A DNA stretch of 54,166 nucleotides from an uncultured bacterium (GTDB taxonomy: Bacteria > Gemmatimonadota > Gemmatimonadetes > Gemmatimonadales > Gemmatimonadaceae): contig CAXBQP010000014.1 in assembly GCA_963978095.1 (NCBI GenBank), forward strand, positions 1 through 54,166, given 5' to 3'. How positions within the stretch are numbered: position 1 is the first letter of the stretch; every line of letters starts with the position of its first letter. This document shows, piece by piece, positions 11,102 through 20,392 of this stretch. The notes below the pieces were generated by a model. It saw only the letters and a program-made list of their open reading frames with translations, was not told where the DNA came from and made no database searches. The position numbers and the translations under genes are program-made.

Positions 11102-11139
11102 GGGGATCGCTCTGCGAGGGACGTGATGGGACCACGGTG

Positions 11140-11182
11140 AAAACTAACGAGCGGCAGTGCCCGTGGGGGCGCTGCCGCTCGT
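11140..11182 (-). terminator. Intrinsic terminator/attenuator between rplT and pheS
   Basis: ACGAGCGGCAGCGCCC-CCAC-GGGCACTGCCGCTCGT hairpin followed by TAGTTTT on minus strand. Confidence 0.75.
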
Positions 11183-11199
11183 GATCCTGCCCGATCCGC

Positions 11200-11565
11200 T
11201 TACGCCGTCACGAGGTTCGCGGCGCGCGCCTTGTCGGCGAGCAACGCGAAGGCCGTGGGGTCCTTGATCGCCAAGTCGGAGAGGATCTTGCGATCGACCT
11301 CGATCCCGGCCTTCTTGAGCCCGTGCATGAACACGTTGTACGACATGTCATGCTGGCGGGCCGCGGCGTTGATGCGGATGATCCACAACTTGCGGAAGTC
11401 GCGCTTCTTGGCCTTGCGATCCCGATACGCATAGACCCAACCGCGCTCGACGGTCTCCTTGGCGGCCTTCCAGAGCTTGCTGCGGCCGCCGAACGCTCCC
11501 TTGGCGGCCTTCATCACCTGCTTCTTGCGCTTCAGGCGCACGACATTCGATTTGACGCGAGGCAT
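11200..11565 (-). CDS. rplT: 50S ribosomal protein L20
   Basis: MPRVK...[26 protein letters not shown]. Confidence 0.99.
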   Translation of the reverse strand: MPRVKSNVVRLKRKKQVMKAAKGAFGGRSKLWKAAKETVERGWVYAYRDRKAKKRDFRKLWIIRINAAARQHDMSYNVFMHGLKKAGIEVDRKILSDLAIKDPTAFALLADKARAANLVTA

Positions 11566-11577
11566 CGGTCGGTCTCC

Positions 11578-11775
11578 TTAGGCCTGGAGCAGGCGCTTGA
11601 GGTTCTTGGCTTCACCGTTCGTCGCGACGGTGGTCGGGCGACGGAGGTTACGCTTCCGCTTCGCGGTCTTCTTGGTCAGGATGTGGCTCTTGTAGGCCTT
11701 GAGCCGGCGCACCTTGCCCTTCCCCGTCACGGAGAAGCGCTTCTTGGCGCCCTTGTGGGTCTTCATCTTCGGCAT
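11578..11775 (-). CDS. rpmI: 50S ribosomal protein L35
   Basis: [21 protein letters not shown]...HILTKK. Confidence 0.99.
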   Translation of the reverse strand: MPKMKTHKGAKKRFSVTGKGKVRRLKAYKSHILTKKTAKRKRNLRRPTTVATNGEAKNLKRLLQA

Positions 11776-11787
11776 TGATCTAACTCG

Positions 11788-12306
11788 TCATTTCGGCGTG
11801 AGAATCATCGTCAGCGCTTTGCCTTCCAGGCGCGCGTCCGTTTCGATCTTCGCTACGTCCAGCAGTGCCTGGGCCACCCGATCCACCACCGCACGCCCCA
11901 ACTCGGGATGCGCGATCTGACGGCCCCGGAACATCAATGTCACCTTCACCTTGTTCCCTTCTTCGAGGAAGCGCCGCGCATGGCGGGTCTTGGTCTCGAA
12001 GTCGTGGTCCTCGATGCCGGGACGGTACTTCACTTCCTTGATCTGGATCACGTGCTGCTTCTTCTTGGCCTGCCGCGCCTGCTTGGCCATCTCGAACTTG
12101 TACTTGCCGTAGTCCATGATGCGGACCACCGGCGGGCGGGCCAGCGGAGCGACCTCCACCAGATCCAACCCGAGCTCGACGGCCTGTCCGAGCGCGACAT
12201 CCACTTCCATGATCCCGAGCTGTGCCCCGTCCGCGCCGATCACCCGGACCGGGCTGATGCGGATCTGCCGGTTGACGCGCGGCGGCCGCTTCGTCGTGTC
12301 CTGAAT
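11788..12306 (-). CDS. infC: Translation initiation factor IF-3 (ATT start)
   Basis: RVNRQIRISPVRVIG, LDLVEVAP, MDYGKYKFE, KEVKYRP, KVKVTLMFRGR; in-frame ATT at 12306 lies 6 nt after GGAGGAG. Confidence 0.97.
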   Translation of the reverse strand: MQDTTKRPPRVNRQIRISPVRVIGADGAQLGIMEVDVALGQAVELGLDLVEVAPLARPPVVRIMDYGKYKFEMAKQARQAKKKQHVIQIKEVKYRPGIEDHDFETKTRHARRFLEEGNKVKVTLMFRGRQIAHPELGRAVVDRVAQALLDVAKIETDARLEGKALTMILTPK

Positions 12307-12324
12307 ACTCGTCTCCTCCGTGGT

Positions 12325-12495
12325 CCCGCAAACACAAATCGCGAACCCCGATGCCGGAGTCCGCGACGCAAAGCCCACGTGCCCGGATGCAACCGGCGAC
12401 GTGTCGTGTCGGCGACTCCTGCAGCTCAACTCCGCGCCAAGCGAAGAGGCCTTCAGGGTGGATCCGGCAGCCAATCCGAATCACTTGTCCTGCGA
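12325..12495 (-). ncRNA. Structured infC operon leader (candidate L20-responsive leader or independent ncRNA)
   Basis: Nested pairings on minus strand: CGCAGGACAAGT/ATTTGTGTTTGCG, TGCCGGA/TCCGGCA, AAGGCCT/GGGCTTT, GCTTGG/CCGGGC. Confidence 0.4.
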
Positions 12496-12504
12496 TGTCC
12501 TCCA

Positions 12505-12533
12505 AAGCTAAGTCGGACGGACACTTAGGTCAA
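12505..12533 (-). promoter_or_regulatory. Sigma70-type promoter of the infC-rpmI-rplT operon
   Basis: TTGACC-17 bp-TAGCTT. Confidence 0.65.
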
Positions 12534-12630
12534 GCGCCCTGGAAACCTCTTGACGGACATGTGCGCCGGAGGCTTCATGCATCCTCCTGCCGCACCACCT
12601 GAGACCACCCGTCCCCAGCCCGCCGACTCG

Positions 12631-14097
12631 ATGCGCCGAACGCTCGGAGCTCTCGTTGCTGTTTTGCTCGTCCTGCTCGCCGTCGTCGGTGTCCGAACGG
12701 CAACGCTGACCTCTCGGCAGATCAGCGTCCCCCCGCTTCGCGCGCTCCCGGTCGATACGGTCGCCGTCGCGCGACATTTGGCCGAGGCGGTACGCTTCCG
12801 CACGATCTCGACCAACGACGCCTCCGTGTCGGCGACGCCGGAGCTTGACGCGCTGCACCGGTGGATGGAATTGACGTACCCGAAACTTCACGCGGCACTG
12901 TCCCGCGAAGTCATCGACCGCTCGTCGCTGCTGTACACGTGGAACGGCTCCGATCCGTCGCTGAAGCCCCTGCTCCTCATGGCGCACCAGGATGTGGTCC
13001 CGGTGGACCCGGGGACCGATGCCGCGTGGACCCATCCGCCATTCGATGGCACGATCGCCCAAGGCACGGTCTGGGGCCGCGGCGCATTCGACGACAAGTC
13101 CGCCTTGGTCGGCATTCTGGAGGCCATGGAGCGCGTGGTGGCATCCGGTGTCACTCCGAAGCGCACCGTCATGCTCGCCTTCGGCCACAACGAAGAAGTG
13201 CTGGGGAGCGGCGCGGCCGCCATCGCCGACACGCTCGAACGTCGCGGGCAACTCCCGGCGCTGGTCCTCGACGAAGGCGCGGCCGTCGCCCAACACCTGT
13301 TCCCGGGGCTCGACCAACCCGTGGCCCTGATCGGTGTGGCCGAGAAAGGCTACCAGACCTTCGAGCTCGCCGCCGTGAGCGGCGGCGGGCATTCATCGAT
13401 GCCGCCGCGCCACTCGAGCGTGGGACGGATCGCCCGCGCGATCGTCGCGCTGGAGGATCATCCGATGCCGGCGCACCGCAACGGCGCGTCACGGGACCTG
13501 CTCGAATATCTCGCCCCCGAGATGCCGGTGGCCTCGCGCGCGGTGTTCGGGAATCTCTGGCTCTTCGCCCCGCTGGTCGAGCGCATCCTGGCGGGCAAGA
13601 ACACGACCGACGCGCTCCAACGCACGACCACGGCGCCGACGATGGTGCAAGGGAGTGCCAAGGACAACGTGCTCGCGGCCCGTGCCACGGCGCGCGTGAA
13701 CTTTCGGCTTGCCCCGGGGGAAACGGCGGATGACGTCGAACGGCACATCCGCGCGGTCGTGGCCGATGACAGCATCACCGTGACCCGCGTGGGGACCGGA
13801 CGCGCACCCTCTGCCGTGTCACGCACCGACAGTCCGGAGTTCCGCGTCCTGCAGGAAGCGGTCGCCGGCGCCTATCCGGGCGCGCTGGTCGCGCCATTCA
13901 TGGTCATGGCGGGAACGGACGCGCGGAACTTCTCGGGTCGGGTGGCGGCGGTCTTTCGCTTCGTTCCGGTGTCACTGACAGCCGCGGAGATCGCGGGTGC
14001 ACACGGCACCGATGAGCGGATGTCCGTCGCCAACATGGCTCACGCCGTGACATTCTACGAAGCGCTGGTCCGACGCTACGCGGTGGAGGCGAAATGA
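12631..14097 (+). CDS. M20 family metallopeptidase/amidohydrolase (carboxypeptidase S/PM20D1-like), N-terminal anchor or signal
   Basis: Hydrophobic N-terminus; LLMAHQDVVP, WGRGAFDDK, HNEE, DEG, GGHSSMPP, HGTDER metal-ligand motifs. Confidence 0.9.
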   Translation: MRRTLGALVAVLLVLLAVVGVRTATLTSRQISVPPLRALPVDTVAVARHLAEAVRFRTISTNDASVSATPELDALHRWMELTYPKLHAALSREVIDRSSLLYTWNGSDPSLKPLLLMAHQDVVPVDPGTDAAWTHPPFDGTIAQGTVWGRGAFDDKSALVGILEAMERVVASGVTPKRTVMLAFGHNEEVLGSGAAAIADTLERRGQLPALVLDEGAAVAQHLFPGLDQPVALIGVAEKGYQTFELAAVSGGGHSSMPPRHSSVGRIARAIVALEDHPMPAHRNGASRDLLEYLAPEMPVASRAVFGNLWLFAPLVERILAGKNTTDALQRTTTAPTMVQGSAKDNVLAARATARVNFRLAPGETADDVERHIRAVVADDSITVTRVGTGRAPSAVSRTDSPEFRVLQEAVAGAYPGALVAPFMVMAGTDARNFSGRVAAVFRFVPVSLTAAEIAGAHGTDERMSVANMAHAVTFYEALVRRYAVEAK

Positions 14098-14149
14098 TCC
14101 CGAGCGGACACACCAGCGCTGTGCCCGCGTTCACCGCAGCGATCGCGCG

Positions 14150-15040
14150 TTACTCGGCCTCGAGCGTGTAGCTCTTGCCGTCGTGTCCGACACGCCCGGC
14201 GGCGTGGGTGGCATCATGCTCGAACACCACGAGCCAGCGCTCCTCCTGCGCCCGCTTCAGGAGCCAGCGCTTCGACTCGAGGGTGACCAGCGGCTCCACG
14301 TCATAGCCCATGATCCATGGCAGGGGCAGATGGTACGCGGTCGGACACACATCGCCGAGGAAGCAGGCGATCTCTCCCCCGCCATCGATCAGCACACTCT
14401 GGTGATGCGGGACGTGGCCCGGCGTGCGGATGACGGAGATCCCGGCCACCAGCTCGCAGCCTCCGTCGATCAGGTCCAAGCGTCCGGCCTCGCGGATCGA
14501 GTCCCAGTTGCGCCCGAAATAGCTCGCGGCGGTTCGCTCGTTGGTGTGCGTCGCATAGTGGTACTCGCCCGCCTGGACCACGTACCGGGCGTTCGGAAAG
14601 GTCGGGCGCACGGCGCCGGCGGCGTCGAGAAAGGTGTTGCCGCCCGCATGATCGAAGTGCAGGTGCGTGTTGATCACGAGCGACACATCGCCGAGCCGAT
14701 GCCCGAGTTGGGTGAAGCCATCTTCGAGGGCCGTGCGCGCGACCCCGTCGATGGGCGCCCCTGCGTTCTCGATCCCGTAGATGTCCTGGAACTTCGCGGT
14801 TTCCTTGTTCCCCGAACCACTGTCGATCAGCACCAATCCGCTCTCGTGCTCCACCAGCAGCACGCGCATTCCCATGGGAATCCGGTTACGGGCGTCCGCC
14901 GGGAGGCGACGCTCCCAGAGCGTCTTGGGCACGACACCGAACATGGCACCGCCGTCGAGTTGCTGCCCGCCGGCCTGGATCTCGTGCACCGTGAAGCGTC
15001 CGATGCGACGCGTGTGGACCAACGGAGTCGGGGGAGTCAT
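14150..15040 (-). CDS. MBL-fold metallo-hydrolase (YtnP-like)
   Basis: LDGGAMFGVVPKTLW, THLHFDHAGG, TPGH..HHQ, WIMGYD, FEHD. Confidence 0.92.
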   Translation of the reverse strand: MTPPTPLVHTRRIGRFTVHEIQAGGQQLDGGAMFGVVPKTLWERRLPADARNRIPMGMRVLLVEHESGLVLIDSGSGNKETAKFQDIYGIENAGAPIDGVARTALEDGFTQLGHRLGDVSLVINTHLHFDHAGGNTFLDAAGAVRPTFPNARYVVQAGEYHYATHTNERTAASYFGRNWDSIREAGRLDLIDGGCELVAGISVIRTPGHVPHHQSVLIDGGGEIACFLGDVCPTAYHLPLPWIMGYDVEPLVTLESKRWLLKRAQEERWLVVFEHDATHAAGRVGHDGKSYTLEAE

Positions 15041-15080
15041 GTCGGAAAGTTAGGACGGGACGCACCCCGACGGAACAGCA

Positions 15081-15752
15081 TCACACGCCGTCAGCGCCGT
15101 TGGTGGCGCGCGGCAACCCGCTGCGCCCGCGACGCGCGGCCGCTGTTCGGCGCGCCAGCACGCCCTGCACCGCTTCCAGCGTGTGGATCCCGTCCCGCTC
15201 GGCGTCCCGCAGCAGCCCCAGTAGCACCTGCGCCGTAGCATGGGCATCTCCCGCAGCCCGGTGGCGGCCCTCGATGGTCACGCCGTAGTGCGCCGAGACC
15301 GCGTCCAGATTCCGCCGCGGCAGGTGCGCGAGGAGTCGGCGCGCGAGGCGAACGGTACAGAGCTGGCCGGTGGCCAGCGCGTCGAGCGGTACCGCGGAGA
15401 CACGGGCGAACTCCGCCGACAGGAACCCCCAGTCGAAGGCCGCGTTGTGGGCGACGAAGACGCGCCCCACCAGCTGCGCCGCCAAGTCACCCGCGATGTC
15501 GGCGAACCCCGGCGCGCCACGGACCATCGCGTCGCTGATTCCCGTCAGGCGCGTGATGTGCCACGGAATCGGCCGCCCGGGATTCACGAGGGCATGAAAC
15601 CCTTCGCGCACCGTGAGTACCGGTCGTGCCGGGTGACGCTCGACGATCACCGCCGCGACCTCGGTCACGCGGTCGCCGTGCAGCGGGCTCGTCCCGGTGG
15701 TCTCGACGTCCACCACCACGAAGGGGACGTCGAGGAATGGCGTGCCGTCCAT
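15081..15752 (-). CDS. DEDDh 3'-5' exonuclease (DNA Pol III epsilon-like)
   Basis: VVVDVETTG, VAHNAAFD, HRAAGDA. Confidence 0.9.
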   Translation of the reverse strand: MDGTPFLDVPFVVVDVETTGTSPLHGDRVTEVAAVIVERHPARPVLTVREGFHALVNPGRPIPWHITRLTGISDAMVRGAPGFADIAGDLAAQLVGRVFVAHNAAFDWGFLSAEFARVSAVPLDALATGQLCTVRLARRLLAHLPRRNLDAVSAHYGVTIEGRHRAAGDAHATAQVLLGLLRDAERDGIHTLEAVQGVLARRTAAARRGRSGLPRATNGADGV

Positions 15753-15811
15753 GGGAGCAAGATAGCATGGGACCACGAACCTTCTTCCCCCCTGTGGCCG
15801 GAGGCGTTACT

Positions 15812-15829
15812 TTGTGAAATCATTCACAA
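15812..15829. promoter_or_regulatory. Rex operator
   Basis: TTGTGAAATCATTCACAA matches TTGTGAA-N4-TTCACAA exactly; 12 bp before rex start, overlapping a TACTTT -10. Confidence 0.9.
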
Positions 15830-15841
15830 GCACCGAACGCC

Positions 15842-16468
15842 GTGAAGCATATCGCCGAATCAACGGTCCGACGTCTCTCCCTGTACTTGCGCTTCCTCGA
15901 GGAGTTCGAGGCGCACGGGCATCAGACGATCTCCAGTGGCGAACTCGCCTCCCAGGGGGGGACAACTTCGGCGCAGGTCCGGAAGGATCTGTCCTTCTTC
16001 GGTTCCTTCGGCAAGCGCGGGCTCGGCTATTCCGTCAGCGACCTCTCGTCGCGGCTGCGCCAGATCCTCGGCCTTGGGAGGCCGTGGAAGGTCGTGATCG
16101 TCGGCGCAGGGAAGATCGGCGCCGCGCTCGCCCAGTATCGCGGTTTCCGCGAACGCGGCTTCCGGATCGTGGGGATCTACGACGTGGACCCGCAGTCCAT
16201 CGGGCTCGCGCTCGATGGTGTCACGGTCCGTGACCAACGCGACATGGAGACGGACCTCGCGTCGTTGCACCCGGACATCGCACTGCTGGCGGTCCCGGCC
16301 GAGGTGGCGCAACCCCTCACCGACCGACTGGTCGCCGCGGGCATCGGCGCGATCCTCAACTTCGCATCCACTCCGCTCCATGTGCCGCCTCACGTGACGC
16401 TGCGCAGCGTGAACATGGCGCTGGAACTTGAGATCCTCTCCTACGCGCTCGTCAATCGCGACGCCTGA
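15842..16468 (+). CDS. rex: Redox-sensing transcriptional repressor Rex
   Basis: STVRRLSLYLR, ISSGELA, QVRKDLSFFGSFGKRGLGY, GAGKIG Rossmann motif, ILNFA. Confidence 0.97.
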   Translation: MKHIAESTVRRLSLYLRFLEEFEAHGHQTISSGELASQGGTTSAQVRKDLSFFGSFGKRGLGYSVSDLSSRLRQILGLGRPWKVVIVGAGKIGAALAQYRGFRERGFRIVGIYDVDPQSIGLALDGVTVRDQRDMETDLASLHPDIALLAVPAEVAQPLTDRLVAAGIGAILNFASTPLHVPPHVTLRSVNMALELEILSYALVNRDA

Positions 16469-17265
16469 AGGCGGGCCCGCAAGAGTCGCGCGAAATCCTC
16501 GGGACCGACGACCTCAGGTCGATCCGTCGGCGTAACACCCGCCGTCTCCAACAGGGTGCCCGCCGCGACGGGATCGAGCGACCACAGCTCACGAACGACG
16601 CGCAACATCTGCTTGCGCCGCATGCCGAACGCACCCTGTACCAGTTGCCGATACGGGAGCTCCTCCTCCGCCGAGATCATCGGTCGCTCCAGCGGAGTGA
16701 GTCGCAGCACGGCGCTCTCGACCTTCGGCGGCGGAATGAACGCGCCAGCGGGAACGGTGAAGAGCAACTCGGCCTTGGCCACGACCTGCACATTCGCGGT
16801 AAGGGCGCCGTAGGCCTCATCGCCCGCTCGCGCCACGACGCGTTCGGCGACCTCCTTTTGCACCAGATACACGGCGCGCGCGGCACGCGGCCGCGACAGC
16901 GCGTGAAAGAGAATCGGCGTCGTGATGTTGTATGGTACGTTCCCGACGACCAGATACGGGGATACTCCTGCGGCAGCGGCGAGGTCCACGGTCAGCACAT
17001 CCTGCGGGATGACGGCCAGCCGTGGATTGCCCGCGTGCCGACGCTCCAGCCTGGGTGCGAGGTCGCGATCCACCTCGATCGCCACGACGCGGAGCTGGCG
17101 CGCGAGCAGGATATCGGTCAGCGCCCCACGTCCCGGCCCGATCTCGACGACGGTGTCCCCCGCTGCCGACGCCAGCGCGTCGGCGATCCGGCCGAGAATC
17201 CGGGGATCCGTCAAGAAGTGCTGCCCAAGCGCCTTCCGAGGCCGAGGATAGAAGTCCGCGCTCAC
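16441..17265 (-). CDS. rsmA: 16S rRNA adenine dimethyltransferase
   Basis: KALGQHFL, VVEIGPGRGALT, VGNVPYNITTPIL, AFIPPPKVESAV. Confidence 0.97.
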   Translation of the reverse strand: MSADFYPRPRKALGQHFLTDPRILGRIADALASAAGDTVVEIGPGRGALTDILLARQLRVVAIEVDRDLAPRLERRHAGNPRLAVIPQDVLTVDLAAAAGVSPYLVVGNVPYNITTPILFHALSRPRAARAVYLVQKEVAERVVARAGDEAYGALTANVQVVAKAELLFTVPAGAFIPPPKVESAVLRLTPLERPMISAEEELPYRQLVQGAFGMRRKQMLRVVRELWSLDPVAAGTLLETAGVTPTDRPEVVGPEDFARLLRARLQASRLTSA

Positions 17266-18569
17266 GAGCGGAGCACGACGATGGCTTGGTCGTCCGCCGG
17301 GGCGGCACCGCTCATGTGCCCTTCCAGCAGGGAGAAGACGCCATCGACGACGCGCGTCGGGGCGTCATGTCGGCGCGCGCGCACGACGTCGAGGACACGG
17401 GTCTCGCCCAGGGCTGCCCCCGTCGCGTCGCGGGCATCGCTGATGCCGTCCGTGAAGAGGACCAGCAGATCCGAGGTCGGCGCCCACGGACGCGTCGCAG
17501 CGCGGGGCGCTGCGCCTCCGAGGCCGAGCGGCGGGTCGGTGGCGTCCAACCGGTGCACCGCCCCGTCCGCCGACATGAGGAAGGCGTGCGGATGCCCCGT
17601 GTTCGTGTAGCGGAGCGTGCGCGCCGCCGGATCGATCACCGCGTAGCAGAGGGAGAGGAACATCTCGGTTTGCTGCAACTCATCCGCCAGCGACGTGTAG
17701 AGCGCCTGCACCGCGACCGCGGGATCCACGGTCGCCTGCGCGTGGATCGCCATGGCGCTCATCGTGAGTGCCATGATCAATGCGGCTTGATAGCCGTGGC
17801 TCGACACGTCCCCGATCAGGACGCCGGTGCGGCCTCCCGACAACCGGAAGAGATGATAGAAATCTCCGCCCACGCTTTGCGCCGGCGCGACGCGTGCCGC
17901 GCAGGTCGCCTCGGGCGACACGACATTGGTCGCGGGAAGCAGGCGCATCTGGAGCTCATGTGCGAGCTGCATCTCATGCGCGAGTCGCTGCTGCGCCACG
18001 GACGCGCGTACGAGGCCCTCGATCTGGATCGCCGTGCCGATTTGCGCCGCAATGGCGCTCACGAGCTTCTCATCACTCGCGGTGAAGCCCGCGTCGCTGC
18101 GCTTGTCGCTGAGCACGACCACACCGAGGGCGACGGCGCCGTCCTGTGGTGATTTCCACATGACCGGCACGGCGAGGACCGGCCCGCGGCGCAAGGCGCG
18201 GTCGCTCATGTCCCCTGGCACCGACGACTCGAGCACGGCATGGCGGGCGCGATAGGTCCGTGCGACGAGGCTCGCGACATCGTCGATCGCGACCGGCGCG
18301 ACGTCCGACGGCGCGACCCCTTGAACGGTGAGGGGGCGCAGCAGCCCGCTGGAGGCGTCGTGCACGAAGATCGCCCCTCGACCGGCGCCCACCGTGTCGC
18401 TGATCGCGGCGAGGATCGTACCCGCGGCATCGCGCAGGTCGAGCGTGCGCCCGAGAATGTCGCCGATCGAGTACAGGAGATTGATCTCCTCCCAGCGCTC
18501 GAGGAGTTCGGCGTTGGCGGCCTGCGCCTCGAGCCGCGCCTGCGTCAGGGCGTCACGCGCCTCACCCAC
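17262..18569 (-). CDS. GAF + PP2C (SpoIIE/RsbU-like) serine phosphatase
   Basis: GAF region, then VGGDFY, IGDVSSHG, NTGHP, FTDGISD, DDQAIV. Confidence 0.93.
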   Translation of the reverse strand: MGEARDALTQARLEAQAANAELLERWEEINLLYSIGDILGRTLDLRDAAGTILAAISDTVGAGRGAIFVHDASSGLLRPLTVQGVAPSDVAPVAIDDVASLVARTYRARHAVLESSVPGDMSDRALRRGPVLAVPVMWKSPQDGAVALGVVVLSDKRSDAGFTASDEKLVSAIAAQIGTAIQIEGLVRASVAQQRLAHEMQLAHELQMRLLPATNVVSPEATCAARVAPAQSVGGDFYHLFRLSGGRTGVLIGDVSSHGYQAALIMALTMSAMAIHAQATVDPAVAVQALYTSLADELQQTEMFLSLCYAVIDPAARTLRYTNTGHPHAFLMSADGAVHRLDATDPPLGLGGAAPRAATRPWAPTSDLLVLFTDGISDARDATGAALGETRVLDVVRARRHDAPTRVVDGVFSLLEGHMSGAAPADDQAIVVLRS

Positions 18570-18999
18570 GATGGAGGACCAATCGCACCACGTTCCCGCC
18601 GTCGGTGAATCGCTCGACGCGCGTCATCAACTTCTGCATCAGGAACAGGCCACGCCCGTCCTCGCGCATGATGTTGCCGGCTGCGGTGGGATCGGCCGTA
18701 CAGGCCGCCAGATCGAAGCCGAGCCCTTCGTCGCTCACCTCGACGACCAGTCGCTCCGCGGTGAGTTCGGCACGTACCCGCACCGATTTCGCCGGATCCT
18801 CGCGGTTGCCGCGGAGAATCGCATTCGACAAGGCCTCGGTCAGCGCGACCGGCAGGTTGAGCGCCAGGTGCTTGCGCGAATACTCCCACGACTCGGCCAG
18901 GCGCACGACGTCCGCGACGACCACGTCGATATGCCGCACGTCGCTCGAGATCCGGACGTCCAACGTCTCCGCATCCCGCTCCATCTCGCCCGCGATCAT
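18562..18999 (-). CDS. Anti-sigma factor / Ser kinase, RsbW-like HATPase
   Basis: EALSNAILRG, DEGLGFD, EDGRGLFLM. Confidence 0.9.
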   Translation of the reverse strand: MIAGEMERDAETLDVRISSDVRHIDVVVADVVRLAESWEYSRKHLALNLPVALTEALSNAILRGNREDPAKSVRVRAELTAERLVVEVSDEGLGFDLAACTADPTAAGNIMREDGRGLFLMQKLMTRVERFTDGGNVVRLVLHRG

Positions 19000-19332
19000 T
19001 CAGAAGCTCGCGAGCGCGCCGTCTCGGGTCTCCGAGATCTGGAACAACGTGTCGAGCTTGGTGAGTTCGAAGAGCGTTTGCAGGTCGTCATTCAGGTTCG
19101 CGAGCCGCAGATCGCCCCCCGTCTCCCGGATCCGTTTCGCGAGCGAGACGAGGACGCCGAGCCCCGAACTGTCGATGTAGCCCGCATGCGCGAAATCAAC
19201 AAGCACCTTCGTCGTGCCCTTCTCGACCTCGTCGAGCACGCGCTGCTTGAGGTCCTGACGGTTGCTCACGACGAGCTGCCCTTCGACGTCGATGATGGCG
19301 ACGTCCCCGTGATGCGATACGGAAAAGCTCAT
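19000..19332 (-). CDS. STAS-domain anti-sigma antagonist, RsbV-like
   Basis: YIDSSGLGVLV with the phosphorylatable Ser; LFELTKLD. Confidence 0.93.
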   Translation of the reverse strand: MSFSVSHHGDVAIIDVEGQLVVSNRQDLKQRVLDEVEKGTTKVLVDFAHAGYIDSSGLGVLVSLAKRIRETGGDLRLANLNDDLQTLFELTKLDTLFQISETRDGALASF

Positions 19333-19387
19333 GACCGATGCGCTCCTGGCAGCTGAGAGTGCGAGAAGCCGACGAACGCCCCGAGGG

Positions 19388-20392
19388 TCACGATGCCGGC
19401 TGTGACTGCAGGGCCGCGATCGCGGCTGCGTGAAAGATGGCGTCCGCGTCGGCTCCGCGCGAGAGATCGGCGACAGGACGTGCGAGTCCCTGCAGGATCG
19501 GGCCGATGGCCGTCGCCCCAGCCAGCCGCTCGGTCAACTTGTAGGCGATGTTCCCGGCGTCCAGCGACGGGAAGACCAACACGTTCGCGTCGCCGGCGAT
19601 CATCCCGCCCGGGGCCTTGCGCATCGCGACTCCCGCGATGAGCGCGGCATCCGCCTGCAGTTCACCGTCGACGCGCAGCGCCGGCTCGCGCTCGCGGATC
19701 ATGGCGAGCGCGTCGCGCACGATGGCAATCGAGCCGCTCTCCCCCCCGGAGCCCAGGGTCGAGAACGAGAGCAACGCCACCCGAGGTTCGTCTCCCACGA
19801 TCCGCCGGCGTGCCTCAGCCGCTGCGATCGCGATGTCCGCGAGTTGCGCCGCCGTCGGCGTCGGGACCACCGCACAGTCCGTGTACGTGAGCACCTCCCC
19901 CTCCCCGGCGCTCGCCCCGCGGAACGCCGGGACACACATGTAGAACGCGCTCGAGACCGTGCGCACCGTGGGCGCGGGGCCGACCAGCCACAGGGCGTAG
20001 CGGATGACGTCCGAGGTCGTCCGGACCGCCCCCGCGACCACCGCGTCCACCTCGCCGTTCCGCAGGAGCCAGTTGGCGAAGACCAGCGGGTCGCGGGCGA
20101 GTCGGTGGGCGTCATCGCGGTCCAGCCCGTGCTTCGCGCGGACCGCGCAGAGCGTATCCGTCAACTCCCCGAGTCGCGGATCAACCGCGGGATTCACGCA
20201 GGCGAGCCCGGAGGACCGCGCGTGGTCCTGCCCGTGCGTCGCGCTCGGGTCAAGCACCAGCACCGGCCGGGCGACCCCCTGCTGCGCCAGTCGCACGGCC
20301 GCCTCGAGCACGCGCGGATCCGACGCCTCGGCAAAAGCGATCCGCGCCTGCAGCGTGCTGGCGCGGGCGCACACGCGCGCCAGAAAGGTCAC
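19388..20392 (-). CDS. pta: Phosphate acetyltransferase (short form)
   Basis: IAFAEASDPRVL, DCAVVP, ALLSFST, DGELQADAA, FPSLDAGNIAYKL, GPILQG..DLSRG. Confidence 0.9.
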   Translation of the reverse strand: MTFLARVCARASTLQARIAFAEASDPRVLEAAVRLAQQGVARPVLVLDPSATHGQDHARSSGLACVNPAVDPRLGELTDTLCAVRAKHGLDRDDAHRLARDPLVFANWLLRNGEVDAVVAGAVRTTSDVIRYALWLVGPAPTVRTVSSAFYMCVPAFRGASAGEGEVLTYTDCAVVPTPTAAQLADIAIAAAEARRRIVGDEPRVALLSFSTLGSGGESGSIAIVRDALAMIREREPALRVDGELQADAALIAGVAMRKAPGGMIAGDANVLVFPSLDAGNIAYKLTERLAGATAIGPILQGLARPVADLSRGADADAIFHAAAIAALQSQPAS

